Below, one piece after another: positions 1 to 12,000 of a stretch of DNA of 64,000 bases. The notes under the pieces were generated by a model. The model made no database searches, was not told the origin of the DNA, and saw nothing but the letters and a program-made list of their open reading frames with translations. Source of the stretch: Eledone cirrhosa (lineage: Eukaryota); contig OZ024743.1 of the NCBI GenBank assembly GCA_964016885.1, forward strand, positions 139,190,001 to 139,254,000. The letters are read 5' to 3'. Every line of letters begins with the position of its first letter. Within the stretch, counting starts at the first letter, position 1. The translations under genes were made by a program, and so were the position numbers.

Positions 1-3000
1 TAGTGCTTGCTATTTGGTGTTTGGTGTTTGGTTCTTGGTGCTTGGTGGCTGGTGTTTGGTGCTTGGTGCTTGTTGTTTGGTGTTTGGTGTTTGGTGCTTG
101 GTGCTTGGTGGCTGGTGTTTGGTGCTTGGTGTTTGGAGTTTGGTGCTTGGTGCTTGGTGCCTGGTGTTTCGTGCTTGGTGCTTGGTGCTTGGTGTTTGGT
201 GATTGGTGCTTGGTGTTTGGTGTTTGGTACTTGGTGCTTGGTGCTTGGTGCTTGGTGCTTGGTGCTTGGTGTTTGATGCTGCGTGCTTGGTGTTTGGTGT
301 TTGGTGCTTGGTGCTTGGTGTTTGGTCTTTGGAGCTCGGTGCCTGGTGCTTGTTGTTTGGTGTTTGGCGCTTGGTGCTTGGTGTTTGGTGTTTGGTGCTT
401 GGTGCTTGGTGCTTGGTATCTGGTGCTTGGTGCTTGATGTTTGGTGTTTGGTGCTTGGTGTTTGGTGTTTGGTGCTTGGTGCTTGGTGTTTGGTGCTTGG
501 TGTTTGGTGTTTGGTGTTTGATGCTTGGTGTTTGCTGCTTGGTGCTTGGTGCTTGGTGTTTTGTGTTTGGTGATTGGTGCTTGGTGCCTGGTGCTTGGTG
601 CTTGGTGCTTGTTGTTTGGTGCTTGGTGCTTGGTGATTAGTGTTTGGTGCTTGGTGCTTGCGGTTTGGTGTTTGGTGCTTGGGGTTTGGTGCTTGGTGCT
701 TGGTGCTTGGTGTTTGGTGCTTGGTGCTTGGTGTTTGGTGCTTGGTGCTTGGTGTTTGGTGTTTGGCGTTTGCTGTTTGCTGTTTGGTGTTTGGTGCTTG
801 CTGTTTGGTGCTTGGTGCTTGGTGTTTGGTGTTTGGTGTTTTGTGCTTGGTGATTGGTGTTTGGTGCTTGGTGCTTGGTGCTGGGTGTTTGGTGCTTGGT
901 GCTTGGTGTTTGGTGCTTGGTGCTTGGTGCTTGGTGTTTGGTCCTTGGTGCTTGGTGCTTGGTCTTTGGTGCTTGGGTTTTGGTGTTTGGTGCTTGGTGC
1001 TTGGTGTTTGGTGCTTGGTTCTTGGTGCTTGGTGCTTGGTGTTTGGTGATTGCTGCTTGGTGCTTGGTGTTTGGTGCTTGGTGCTTGGTGATTAGTGTTT
1101 GGTGATTGGTGCTTGGGATTTGCTGTTTGGTGCTTGGTGTTTGGTGCTTGGTGCTTGATGTTTGGTGTTTGGTGTTTGGTTCTTGGTGCTTGGTGTTTGG
1201 TGTTTGGTGTCTGGTGCTTGGTGCTTGGTGCCTGGTGTTTGGTGCTTGGTGCTTGGTGCTTGGTGTTTGGTGCTGCGTGCTTGGTGTTTGGTGCTTGGTG
1301 CTTGGTGATTATTGTTTGGTGCTTTGTGTTTGGTGCTTGGTGTTTGGTGATTGGTGCTTGGTGCTTGGTGCTTGGTGTTAGGTGTTTGGTGCTTGGTGAT
1401 TGGTGTTTGATGTTAGGTTCTTGGTGCTTGGTGTTTGGTGTTTGGTGCTTGGTGCTTGGTCTTTGGTGTTTGGTGCTTGGTGCTTGGTGCTTGGTGCTTG
1501 GTGCTTGGTGCTTGGTGCTTGGTGTTTGGTGATTGGTTCTTGGTGCTTGGTGCTTGGTGTTTGGTGATTGCTGCTTGGTGCTTGGTGTTTGGTGCTTGGT
1601 GCTTGGTGATTAGTGTTTGGTGATTGGTGCTTGGGATTTGCTGTTTGGTGCTTGGTGTTTGGTGCTTGGTGCTTGATGTTTGGTGTTTGGTGTTTGGTTC
1701 TTGGTGCTTGGTGTTTGGTGTTTGGTGTCTGGTGCTTGGTGCTTGGTGCTTGGTGTTTGGTGCTTGGTGCTTGGTGTTTGGTGCTGCGTGCTTGGTGTTT
1801 GGTGCTTGGTGCTTGGTGATTAGTGTTTGGTGCTTTGTGTTTGGTGCTTGGTGTTTGGTGCTTGGTGCTTGGTGCTTGGTGCTTGGTGTTAGGTGTTTGG
1901 TGCTTGGTGATTGGTGTTTGATGTTAGGTTCTTGGTGCTTGGTGTTTGGTGTTTGGTGCTTGGTGCTTGGTGTTTGGTGTTTGGTGCTTGGTGCTTGGTG
2001 CTTGGTGCTTTGTGTTAGGTGTTTGGTGCTTGGTGCTTGGTGTTTGGTGCTTGGTGCTTTGTGTTTGGTGCTTGGTGTTTGGTGCTTGGTGCTTGGTGCT
2101 TGGTGCTTGGTGTTAGGTGTTTGGTGCTTGGTGATTGGTGTTTGATGTTAGGTTCTTGGTGCTTGGTGTTTGGTGTTTGGTGCTTGGTGCTTGGTGTTTG
2201 GTGCTTGGTGCTTGGTGCTTGGTGCTTGGTGATTGGTGTTAGGTGTTTGGTGCTTGGTGATGGGTGCTTGGTGTTTGGTGCTTGGTGCTTGGTGATTAGT
2301 GTTTGGTGATTGGTGCTTGGGGTTTGGTGTTTGGGGCTTGGTGTTTGGTGCTTAGTGCTTGCTGTTTGGTGTTTGGTGTTTGGTTCTTGGTGCTTGGTGT
2401 TTGGTGCTTGGTGTTTGGTGCTTGGTGCTTGGTGCTTGGTGTTTGGTGCTGCGTGCTTGGTGTTTGGTGTTTGGTGCTTGGTGCCTGGTGCTTGTTGTTT
2501 GGTGTTTGGTGCTTAGTGCTTGGTGTTTGGTGTTTGGTGCTTGGTGCTTGGTGGCTGGTGTTTGGTGCTTGGTGTTTGGAGTTTGGTGCTTGGTGCTTGG
2601 TGCCTGGTGTTTCGTGCTTGGTGCTTGGTGCTTGGTGTTTGGTGATTGGTGCTTGGTGTTTGGTGTTTGGTACTTGGTGCTTGGTGCTTGGTGCTTGGTG
2701 CTTGGTGCTTGGTGTTTGATGCTGCGTGCTTGGTGTTTGGTGTTTGGTGCTTGGTGCTTGGTGTTTGGTGTTTGGAGCTCGGTGCCTGGTGCTTGTTGTT
2801 TGGTGTTTGGCGCTTGGTGCTTGGTGTTTGGTGTTTGGTGCTTGGTGCTTGGTGCTTGGTATCTGGTGTTTGGTGCTTGATGTTTGGTGTTTGGTGCTTG
2901 GTGTTTGGTGTTTGGTGCTTGGTGCTTGGTGTTTGGTGCTTGGTGTTTGGTGTTTGGTGTTTGATGCTTGGTGTTTGCTGCTTGGTGCTTGGTGCTTGGT

Positions 3001-6000
3001 GTTTTGTGTTTGGTGATTGGTGCTTGGTGCCTGGTGCTTGGTGCTTGGTGCTTGTTGTTTGGTGCTTGGTGCTTGGTGATTAGTGTTTGGTGCTTGGTGC
3101 TTGCGGTTTGGTGTTTGGTGCTTGGGGTTTGGTGCTTGGTGCTTGGTGCTTGGTGTTTGGTGCTTGGTGCTTGGTGTTTGGTGCTTGGTGCTTGGTGCTT
3201 GGTGTTTGGCGTTTGCTGTTTGCTGTTTGGTGTTTGGTGCTTGCTGTTTGGTGCTTGGTGCTTGGTGTTTGGTGTTTGGTGTTTTGTGCTTGGTGCTTGG
3301 TGTTTGGTGCTTGGTGCTTGGTGCTGGGTGTTTGGTGCTTGGTGCTTGGTGTTTGGTGCTTGGTGCTTGGTGTTTGGTCCTTGGTGCTTGGTGCTTGGTC
3401 TTTGGTGCTTGGGTTTTGGTGTTTGGTGCTTGGTGCTTGGTATTTGGTGCTTGGTTCTTGGTGCTTGGTGCTTGGTGTTTGGTGATTGCTGCTTGGTGCT
3501 TGGTGTTTGGTGCTTGGTGCTTGGTGATTAGTGTTTGGTGATTGGTGCTTGGGATTTGCTGTTTGGTGCTTGGTGTTTGGTGCTTGGTGCTTGATGTTTG
3601 GTGTTTGGTGTTTGGTTCTTGGTGCTTGGTGTTTGGTGTTTGGTGTCTGGTGCTTGGTGCTTGGTGACTGGTGTTTGGTGCTTGGTGCTTGGTGCTTGGT
3701 GTTTGGTGCTGCGTGCTTGGTGTTTGGTACTTGGTGCTTGGTGATTATTGTTTGGTGCTTTGTGTTTGGTGCTTGGTGTTTGGTGCTTGGTGCTTGGTGT
3801 TTGGTGCTTGGTGTTAGGTGTTTGGTGCTTGGTGATTGGTGTTTGATGTTAGGTTCTTGGTGCTTGGTGTTTGGTGTTTGGTGCTTGGTGCTTGGTGTTT
3901 GGTGTTTGGTGCTTGGTGCTTGGTGCTTGGTGCTTGGTGCTTGGTGCTTGGTGCTTGGTGTTTGGTGCTTGGTTCTTGGTGCTTGGTGCTTGGTGTTTGG
4001 TGATTGCTGCTTGGTGCTTGGTGTTTGGTGCTTGGTGCTTGGTGATTAGTGTTTGGTGATTGGTGCTTGGGATTTGCTGTTTGGTGCTTGGTGTTTGGTG
4101 CTTGGTGCTTGATGTTTGGTGTTTGGTGTTTGGTTCTTGGTGCTTGGTGTTTGGTGTTTGGTGTCTGGTGCTTGGTGCTTGGTGCTTGGTGTTTGGTGCT
4201 TGGTGCTTGGTGTTTGGTGCTGCGTGCTTGGTGTTTGGTGCTTGGTGCTTGGTGATTAGTGTTTGGTGCTTTGTGTTTGGTGCTTGGTGTTTGGTGCTTG
4301 GTGCTTGGTGCTTGGTGCTTGGTGTTAGGTGTTTGGTGCTTGGTGATTGGTGTTTGATGTTAGGTTCTTGGTGCTTGGTGTTTGGTGTTTGGTGCTTGGT
4401 GCTTGGTGTTTGGTGTTTGGTGCTTGGTGCTTGGTGCTTGGTGCTTGGTGTTAGGTGTTTGGTGCTTGGTGCTTGGTGTTTGGTGCTTCGTGCTTTGTGT
4501 TTGGTGCTTGGTGTTTGGTGCTTGGTGTTTGGTGCTTGGTGCTTGGTGCTTGGTGCTTGGTGTTAGGTGTTTGGTGCTTGGTGATTGGTGTTTGATGTTA
4601 GGTTCTTGGTGCTTGGTGTTTGGTGTTTGGTGCTTGGTGCTTGGTGTTTGGTGCTTGGTGCTTGGTGCTTGGTGCTTGGTGCTTGGTGTTAGGTGTTTGG
4701 TGCTTGGTGATGGGTGCTTGGTGTTTGGTCCTTGGTGCTTGGTGCATGGTCTTTGGTGCTTGGGTTTTGGTGTTTGGTGCTTGGTGCTTGGTGTTTGGTG
4801 CTTGGTGCTTGGTGCTTGGTGTTTGGTGCTTGGTGCTTGGTGTTTGGTGCTTGGTGCTTGGTGCTTGGTGCTTGGTGTTTGGTGCTTGGTGCTTGGTCTT
4901 TGGTGCTTGGGGTTTGGTGTTTGGTGCTTGGTGCTTGGTGTTTGGTGCTTGGTGCTTGGTGCTGGGTGTTTGGTGCTTGGTGCTTGGTGTTTGGTGCTTG
5001 GTGCTTGGTGCTTGGTGCTTGGTGTTTGGTGCTTGGTGCTTGGTCTTTGGTGCTTGGGGTTTGGTGTTTGGTGCTTGGTGCTTGGTGTTTGGTGCTTGGT
5101 TCTTGGTGCTTGGTGCTTGGTGTTTGGTGATTGCTGCTTGGTGCTTGGTGTTTGGTGCTTGGTGCTTGGTGACTAGTGTTTGGTTATTGGTGCTTGGGGT
5201 TTGCTGTTTGGTGCTTGGTGTTTGGTGCTTGGTGCTTGCTGTTTGGTGTTTGTTGTTTGGTTCTTGGTGCTTGGTGTTTGGTGTTTGGTGTTTGGTGCTT
5301 GGTGCTTGGTGTTTGGTGCTTGGTGCTTGGTGCTTGGTGTTTGGTGCTGCGTGCTTGGTGTTTGGTGTTTGGTGCTTGGTGCCTGGTGCTTGTTGTTTGG
5401 TGCTTAGTGCTTGGTGTTTGGTGTTTGGTGCTTGGTGCTTGGTGGCTGGTGCTTGGTGCTTGGTGTTTGGAGTTTGGTGCTTGGTGCTTGGTGCCTGGTG
5501 TTTCGTGCTTGGTGCTTGGTGCTTGGTGTTTGGTGTTTGGTGCTTGGTGTTTGGTGTTTGGTACTTGGTGCTTGGTGCTTGGTGCTTGGTGTTTGGTGCT
5601 TGGTGTTTGATGCTGCGTGCTTGGTGTTTGGTGTTTGGTGCTTGGTGCTTGGTGTTTGGTGTTTGGAGCTTGGTGCCTGCTGCTTGTTGTTTGGTGTTTG
5701 GTGCTTGGTGCTTGGTGCTTGGTATCTGGTGTTTGGTGCTTGATGTCTGGTGTTTGGTGCTTGGTGCTTGGTGCTTGGTGTTTGGTGTTTGGTGCTTGGT
5801 GCTTGGTGTTTGGTGCTTGGTGTTTGGTGTTTGGTGTTTGATGCTTGGTGGTTGCTGCTTGGTGCTTGGTGCTTGGTGTTTTGTGTTTGGTGCTTGGTGC
5901 TTGGTGCCTGGTGCTTGGTGCTTGGTGCTTGTTGTTTGGTGCTTGGTGCTTGGTGATTAGTGTTTGGTGCTTGGTGCTTGCGGTTTGATGTTTGGTGCTT

Positions 6001-9000
6001 GGGGTTTGGTGTTTGGTGCTTGGTGCTTGGTGTTTGGTGCTTGGTGCTTGGTGCTTGGTGCTTGGTGCTTGGTGTTTGGTGCTTGGTGCTTGGTGTTTGG
6101 TGCTTGGTGTTTGGTGCTTGGTGCTTGGTGCTTGGTGTTAGGTGTTTGGTGCTTGGTGCTTGGTGTTTGATGTTTGGTCCTTGGTGCTTGGTGTTTGGTG
6201 TTTGTTGCTTGGTGCTTGGTGTTTGGTGTTTGGTGCTTGCTGCTTGCTGCTTGGTGTTTGGTGCTTGGTGATTGGTGCTTGGTGTTTTGTGCTTGGTGCT
6301 TGGTGTTTGGTGTTTGGTGCTAGGGGCTTGGTGCTTGGTGCTTGGTGTTTGGTGCTTGGTGCATGCTGTTTGGTGTTTGGTGCTTGGTGCGTGGGACTTA
6401 GTGTTTGGTGTTTGGTGCTTGGTGTTTGGTGCTTGGTGTTTGGTGCTTGGTGTTTGGGGCTTGGTGTTCGGTGCTTGGTGCTTGGTGCTTGGGGCTTGGT
6501 GTTTGGTGTTTGGTGCTTGGTGCTTGGTGTTTGATGTTGGGTCCTTGGTGCTTGGTGTTTGGTGTTTGGTGCTTTGTGTTTGGTGTTTGGTGCTTGGTGC
6601 TTGGTGTTTGGTGTTTGGTGCTTGGTGCTTGGGGCTTGGTGTTTGGTGCTTGGTGCTTGGTGTTTGGTGCTTCTGCTTGGGGCTTGGTAGTTGGTGCTTG
6701 GTGCTTGGTGCCTGGTGTTTGGTGTTTGGTGTTTGGTGCTTGGTGTATGGTGCTTGGTGCTTGGTGCTGGGTGGTTGGTGTTTGGTGCTTGGTGCTTGGT
6801 GTTTGGTGCTTGGTGCTTGGTGCTTGTTGTTTGGTGCTTGGTGCTTGGTGCTTGGTCTTTGGTGCATGGTGTTTGGTGTTTGGCGCTTGGTGCTTGGTGC
6901 TTCGTGATTGGTGCTTGGGGTTTGGTGGTTGGTGCTTGGTGCTTGGTGTTTGGTGTTTGGTGTTTGGTGTTCGGTGTTTGCTGTTTGGTGTCTGCTTTTT
7001 GGTGTTTGGTGTTTGCTGTATGGTGTTTGCTGTTTCGTATTTGGTTTTTGCTGATTGGTGTTTGGTGTTTGCTGTTTGGTGTTTGGTGTTTGGTGTTTGG
7101 TGCTTGGTGCTTGGTGCTTGGTGTTTGGCGTTTGGTGCTTGGTGCTTGGTGTTTGGTGCTTCGTGCTTGGTGTTTGGTGTTTGGTGCTTGGTGCCTGGTG
7201 CTTGTTGTATGGTGTTTGATGCTTGGTGCTTGGTGTTTGGTGTTTGCTGCTTGGTGTCTGGTGTTTGGTGCTTGGTGTTTGGTGTTTGGTGCTTGGTGCT
7301 TGGTGCTTGGTGTTTGGTGTTTGGTGCTTGGTGCTTGGTGTTTGGTGTTTGGTGCTGGGTGCATGGAGTTTGGTGCTTGGTGCTTAGTGCTTGGTGTGTG
7401 GTGCTTGGTGCTTGGTGTTTTGTGTTTGGTTCTTGGTGCTTGGTGACTGGTGCTTGGTGCTTGGTGCTTGTTGTTTGGTGCTTGGTGCTTGGTGATTAGT
7501 GTTTGGTGCTTGGTGCTTGGTGTTTGGTGCTTGGTGTTTGGTGCTTGGTGCCTGGTGCTTGGTGTTTGGTGTTTGATGCTTGGTGTTTGGTGTTTGGTGT
7601 TTGGTACTTGGTGTTCGGTGCTTGGTGCTTGGTGCTTGGTGCTTGGTGTTTGGTGTTTGGTGCTTGGTGCTTGGTGTTTGATGTTTGGTCATTGGTGCTT
7701 GGTGTTTGGTGTTGTGTGCTTGGTGCTTGGTGGTTGGTGTTTGGTGCTTGGTGCTTGGTGCTTGGTGTTTGGCGTTTCCTGTTTGCTGTTTGGTGTTTGG
7801 TGTTTGCTGTTTGGTGTTTGCTGTTTGGTGTTTGGTGTTTGGTGCTTGCTGTTTGGTGCTTGGTGCTTGGTGTATGGTGTTTGGTGCTTGGTGTTTGGTG
7901 CTTGATGCTTGGTGCTGGGTGTTTGGTGCTTGGTGCTTGGTGTTTGGTGCTTGGTGATTGGTGCTTGGTGTTTGGTCCTTGGTGCTTGGTGCATGGTCTT
8001 TGGTGCTTGGGTTTTGGTGTTTGCTGCTTGGTGCTTGGTGTTTGGTGCTTGGTGCTTGGTGCTTGGTGCTTGGTGTTTGGTGCTTGCTGCTTGGTGCTTG
8101 GTGTTTGGTGCTTGGTGCTTGGTGAGTAGTGTTTGGTGATTGGTGCTTGGGGTTTGGTGTTTGGGGCTTGGTGTTTGGTGCTTAGTGCTTGCTGTTTGGT
8201 GTTTGGTGTTTGGTTCTTGGTGCTTGGTGTTTGGTGTTTGGTGTTTGGTGCTTGGTGCTTGGTGCTTGGTGTTTGGTGCTTGGTGCTTGGTGCTTGGTGT
8301 TTGGTGCTGCGTGCTTGGTGTTTGGTGTTCGGTGCTTGGTGCCTGGTGCTTGTTGTTTGGTGTTTGGTGCTTAGTGCTTGGTGTTTGGTGTTTGGTGCTT
8401 GGTGCTTGGTGGCTGGTGTTTGGTGCTTGGTGTTTGGAGTTTGGTGCTTGGTGCTTGGTGCCTGGTGTTTCGTGCTTGGTGCTTGGTGCTTGGTGTTTGG
8501 TGTTTGGTGCTTGGTGTTTGGTGTTTGGTACTTGGTGCTTGGTGCTTGGTGCTTGGTGTTTGGTGCTTGGTATTTGATGCTGCCTGCTTGGTGTTTGGTG
8601 TTTGGTGCTTGGTGCTTGGTGTTTGGCGTTTGGAGCTCGGTGCCTGGTGCTTGTTGTTTGGTGTTTGGCGCTTGGTGCTTGGTATCTGGTGTTTGGTGCT
8701 TGATGTTTGGTGTTTGGTGCTTGGTGTTTTGTGTTTGGTGATTGGTGCTTGGTGCCTGGTGCTTGGTGCTTGGTGCTTGTTGTTTGGTGCTTGGTGCTTG
8801 GTGATTAGTGTTTGGTGCTTGGTGCTTGCGGTTTGCTGTTTGGTGCTTGGGGTTTGGTGCTTGGTGCTTGGTGCTTGGTGTTTGGTGCTTGGTGCTTGGT
8901 GTTTGGTGCTTGGTGCTTGGTGTTTGGTGTTTGGTGTTTGCTGTTTGCTGTTTGCTGTTTGGTGCTTGCTGTTTGGTGCTTGGTGCTTGGTGTTTGGTGT

Positions 9001-12000
9001 TTGGTGTTTTGTGCTTGGTGCTTGGTGTTTGGTGCTTGGTGCTTGGTGCTGGGTGTTTGGTGCTTGGTGCTTGGTGTTTGGTGCTTGGTGCTTGGTGCTT
9101 GGTGTTTGGTCCTTGGTGCTTGGTGCTTGGTCTTTGGTGCTTGGGTTTTGGTGTTTGGTGCTTGGTGCTTGGTGTTTGGTGCTTGGTTCTTGGTGCTTGG
9201 TGCTTGGTGTTTGGTGATTGCTGCTTGGTGCTTAGTGTTTGGTGCTTGGTGCTTGGTGATTAGTGTTTGGTGATTGGTGCTTGGGGTTTGCTGTTTGGTG
9301 CTTGGTGCTTGCTGTTTGGTGTTTGGTGTTTGGTTCTTGGTGCTTGGTGTTTGGTGTTTGGTGTCTGGTGCTTGGTGCTTGGTGCTTGGTGTTTGGTGCT
9401 TGGTGCTTGGTGCTTGGTGTTTGGTGCTGCGTGCTTGGTGTTTGGTGCTTGGTGCTTGGTGATTAGTGTTTGGTGCTTTGTGTTTGGTGCTTGGTGTTTG
9501 GTGCTTGGTGCTTGGTGCTTGGTGCTTGGTGTTAGGTGTTTGGTGCTTGGTGATTGGTGTTTGATGTTAGGTTCTTGGTGCTTGGTGTTTGGTGTTTGGT
9601 GCTTGGTGCTTGGTGTTTGGTGTTTGGTGCTTGGTGCTTGGTGCTTGGTGCTTGGTGTTAGGTGTTTGGTGCTTGGTGCTTGGTGTTTGGTGCTTGGTGC
9701 TTTGTGTTTGGTGCTTGGTGTTTGGTGCTTGGTGCTTGGTGCTTGGTGCTTGGTGTTAGGTGTTTGGTGCTTGGTGATTGGTGTTTGATGTTAGGTTCTT
9801 GGTGCTTGGTGTTTGGTGTTTGGTGCTTGGTGCTTGGTGTTTGGTGTTTGGTGCTTGGTGCTTGGTGCTTGGTGCTTGGTGTTAGGTGTTTGGTGCTTGG
9901 TGATGGGTGCTTGGTGTTTGGTCCTTGGTGCTTGGTGCATGGTCTTTGGTGCTTGGGTTTTGGTGTTTGGTGCTTGGTGCTTGGTGTTTGGTGCTTGGTG
10001 CTTGGTGCTTGGTGCTTGGTATTTGGTGCTTGCTGCTTGGTGCTTGGTGTTTGGTGCTTGGTGCTTGGTGATTAGTGTTTGGTGATTGGTGCTTGGGGTT
10101 TGGTGTTTGGGGCTTGGTGTTTGGTGGTTAGTGCTTGCTATTTGGTGTTTGGTGTTTGGTTCTTGGTGCTTGGTGGCTGGTGTTTGGTGCTTGGTGCTTG
10201 TTGTTTGGTGTTTGGTGTTTGGTGCTTGGTGCTTGGTGGCTGGTGTTTGGTGCTTGGTGTTTGGAGTTTGGTGCTTGGTGCTTGGTGCCTGGTGTTTCGT
10301 GCTTGGTGCTTGGTGCTTGGTGTTTGGTGATTGGTGCTTGGTGTTTGGTGTTTGGTACTTGGTGCTTGGTGCTTGGTGCTTGGTGCTTGGTGCTTGGTGT
10401 TTGATGCTGCGTGCTTGGTGTTTGGTGTTTGGTGCTTGGTGCTTGGTGTTTGGTCTTTGGAGCTCGGTGCCTGGTGCTTGTTGTTTGGTGTTTGGCGCTT
10501 GGTGCTTGGTGTTTGGTGTTTGGTGCTTGGTGCTTGGTGCTTGGTATCTGGTGCTTGGTGCTTGATGTTTGCTGTTTGGTGCTTGGTGTTTGGTGTTTGG
10601 TGCTTGGTGCTTGGTGTTTGGTGCTTGGTGTTTGGTGTTTGGTGTTTGATGCTTGGTGTTTGCTGCTTGGTGCTTGGTGCTTGGTGTTTTGTGTTTGGTG
10701 ATTGGTGCTTGGTGCCTGGTGCTTGGTGCTTGGTGCTTGTTGTTTGGTGCTTGGTGCTTGGTGATTAGTGTTTGGTGCTTGGTGCTTGCGGTTTGGTGTT
10801 TGGTGCTTGGGGTTTGGTGCTTGGTGCTTGGTGCTTGGTGTTTGGTGCTTGGTGCTTGGTGTTTGGTGCTTGGTGCTTGGTGTTTGGTGTTTGGCGTTTG
10901 CTGTTTGCTGTTTGGTGTTTGGTGCTTGCTGTTTGGTGCTTGGTGCTTGGTGTTTGGTGTTTGGTGTTTTGTGCTTGGTGCTTGGTGTTTGGTGCTTGGT
11001 GCTTGGTGCTGGGTGTTTGGTGCTTGGTGCTTGGTGTTTGGTGCTTGGTGCTTGGTGCTTGGTGTTTGGTCCTTGGTGCTTGGTGCTTGTTCTTTGGTGC
11101 TTGGGTTTTGGTGTTTGGTGCTTGGTGCTTGGTGTTTGGTGCTTGGTTCTTGGTGCTTGGTGCTTGGTGTTTGGTGATTGCTGCTTGGTGCTTGGTTTTT
11201 GTTGCTTGGTGCTTGGTGATTAGTGTTTGGTGATTGGTGCTTGGGATTTGCTGTTTGGTGCTTGGTGTTTGGTGCTTGGTGCTTGATGTTTGGTGTTTCG
11301 TGTTTGGTTCTTGGTGCTTGGTGTTTGGTGTTTGGTGTCTGGTGCTTGGTGCTTGGTGCCTGGTGTTTGGTGCTTGGTGCTTGGTGCTTGGTGTTTGGTG
11401 CTGCGTGCTTGGTGTTTGGTGCTTGGTGCTTGGTGATTATTGTTTGGTGCTTTGTGTTTGGTGCTTGGTGTTTGGTGCTTGGTGCTTGGTGCTTGGTGCT
11501 TGGTGTTAGGTGTTTGGTGCTTGGTGATTGGTGTTTGATGTTAGGTTCTTGGTGCTTGGTGTTTGGTGTTTGGTGCTTGGTGCTTGGTGTTTGGTGTTTG
11601 GTGCTTGGTGCTTGGTGCTTGGTGCTTGGTGCTTGGTGCTTGGTGCTTGGTGTTTGGTGCTTGGTTCTTGGTGCTTGGTGCTTGGTCTTTGGTGATTGCT
11701 GCTTGGTGCTTGATGTTTGGTGCTTGGTGCTTGGTGATTAGTGTTTGGTGATTGGTGCTTGGGATTTGCTGTTTGGTGCTTGGTGTTTGGTGCTTGGTGC
11801 TTGATGTTTGGTGTTTGGTGTTTGGTTCTTGGTGCTTGGTGTTTGGTGTTTGGTGTCTGGTGCTTGGTGCTTGGTGCTTGGTGTTTGGTGCTTCGTGCTT
11901 GGTGTTTGGTGCTGCGTGCTTGGTGTTTGGTGCTTGGTGCTTGGTGATTAGTGTTTGGTGCTTTGTGTTTGGTGCTTGGTGTTTGGTGCTTGGTGCTTGG

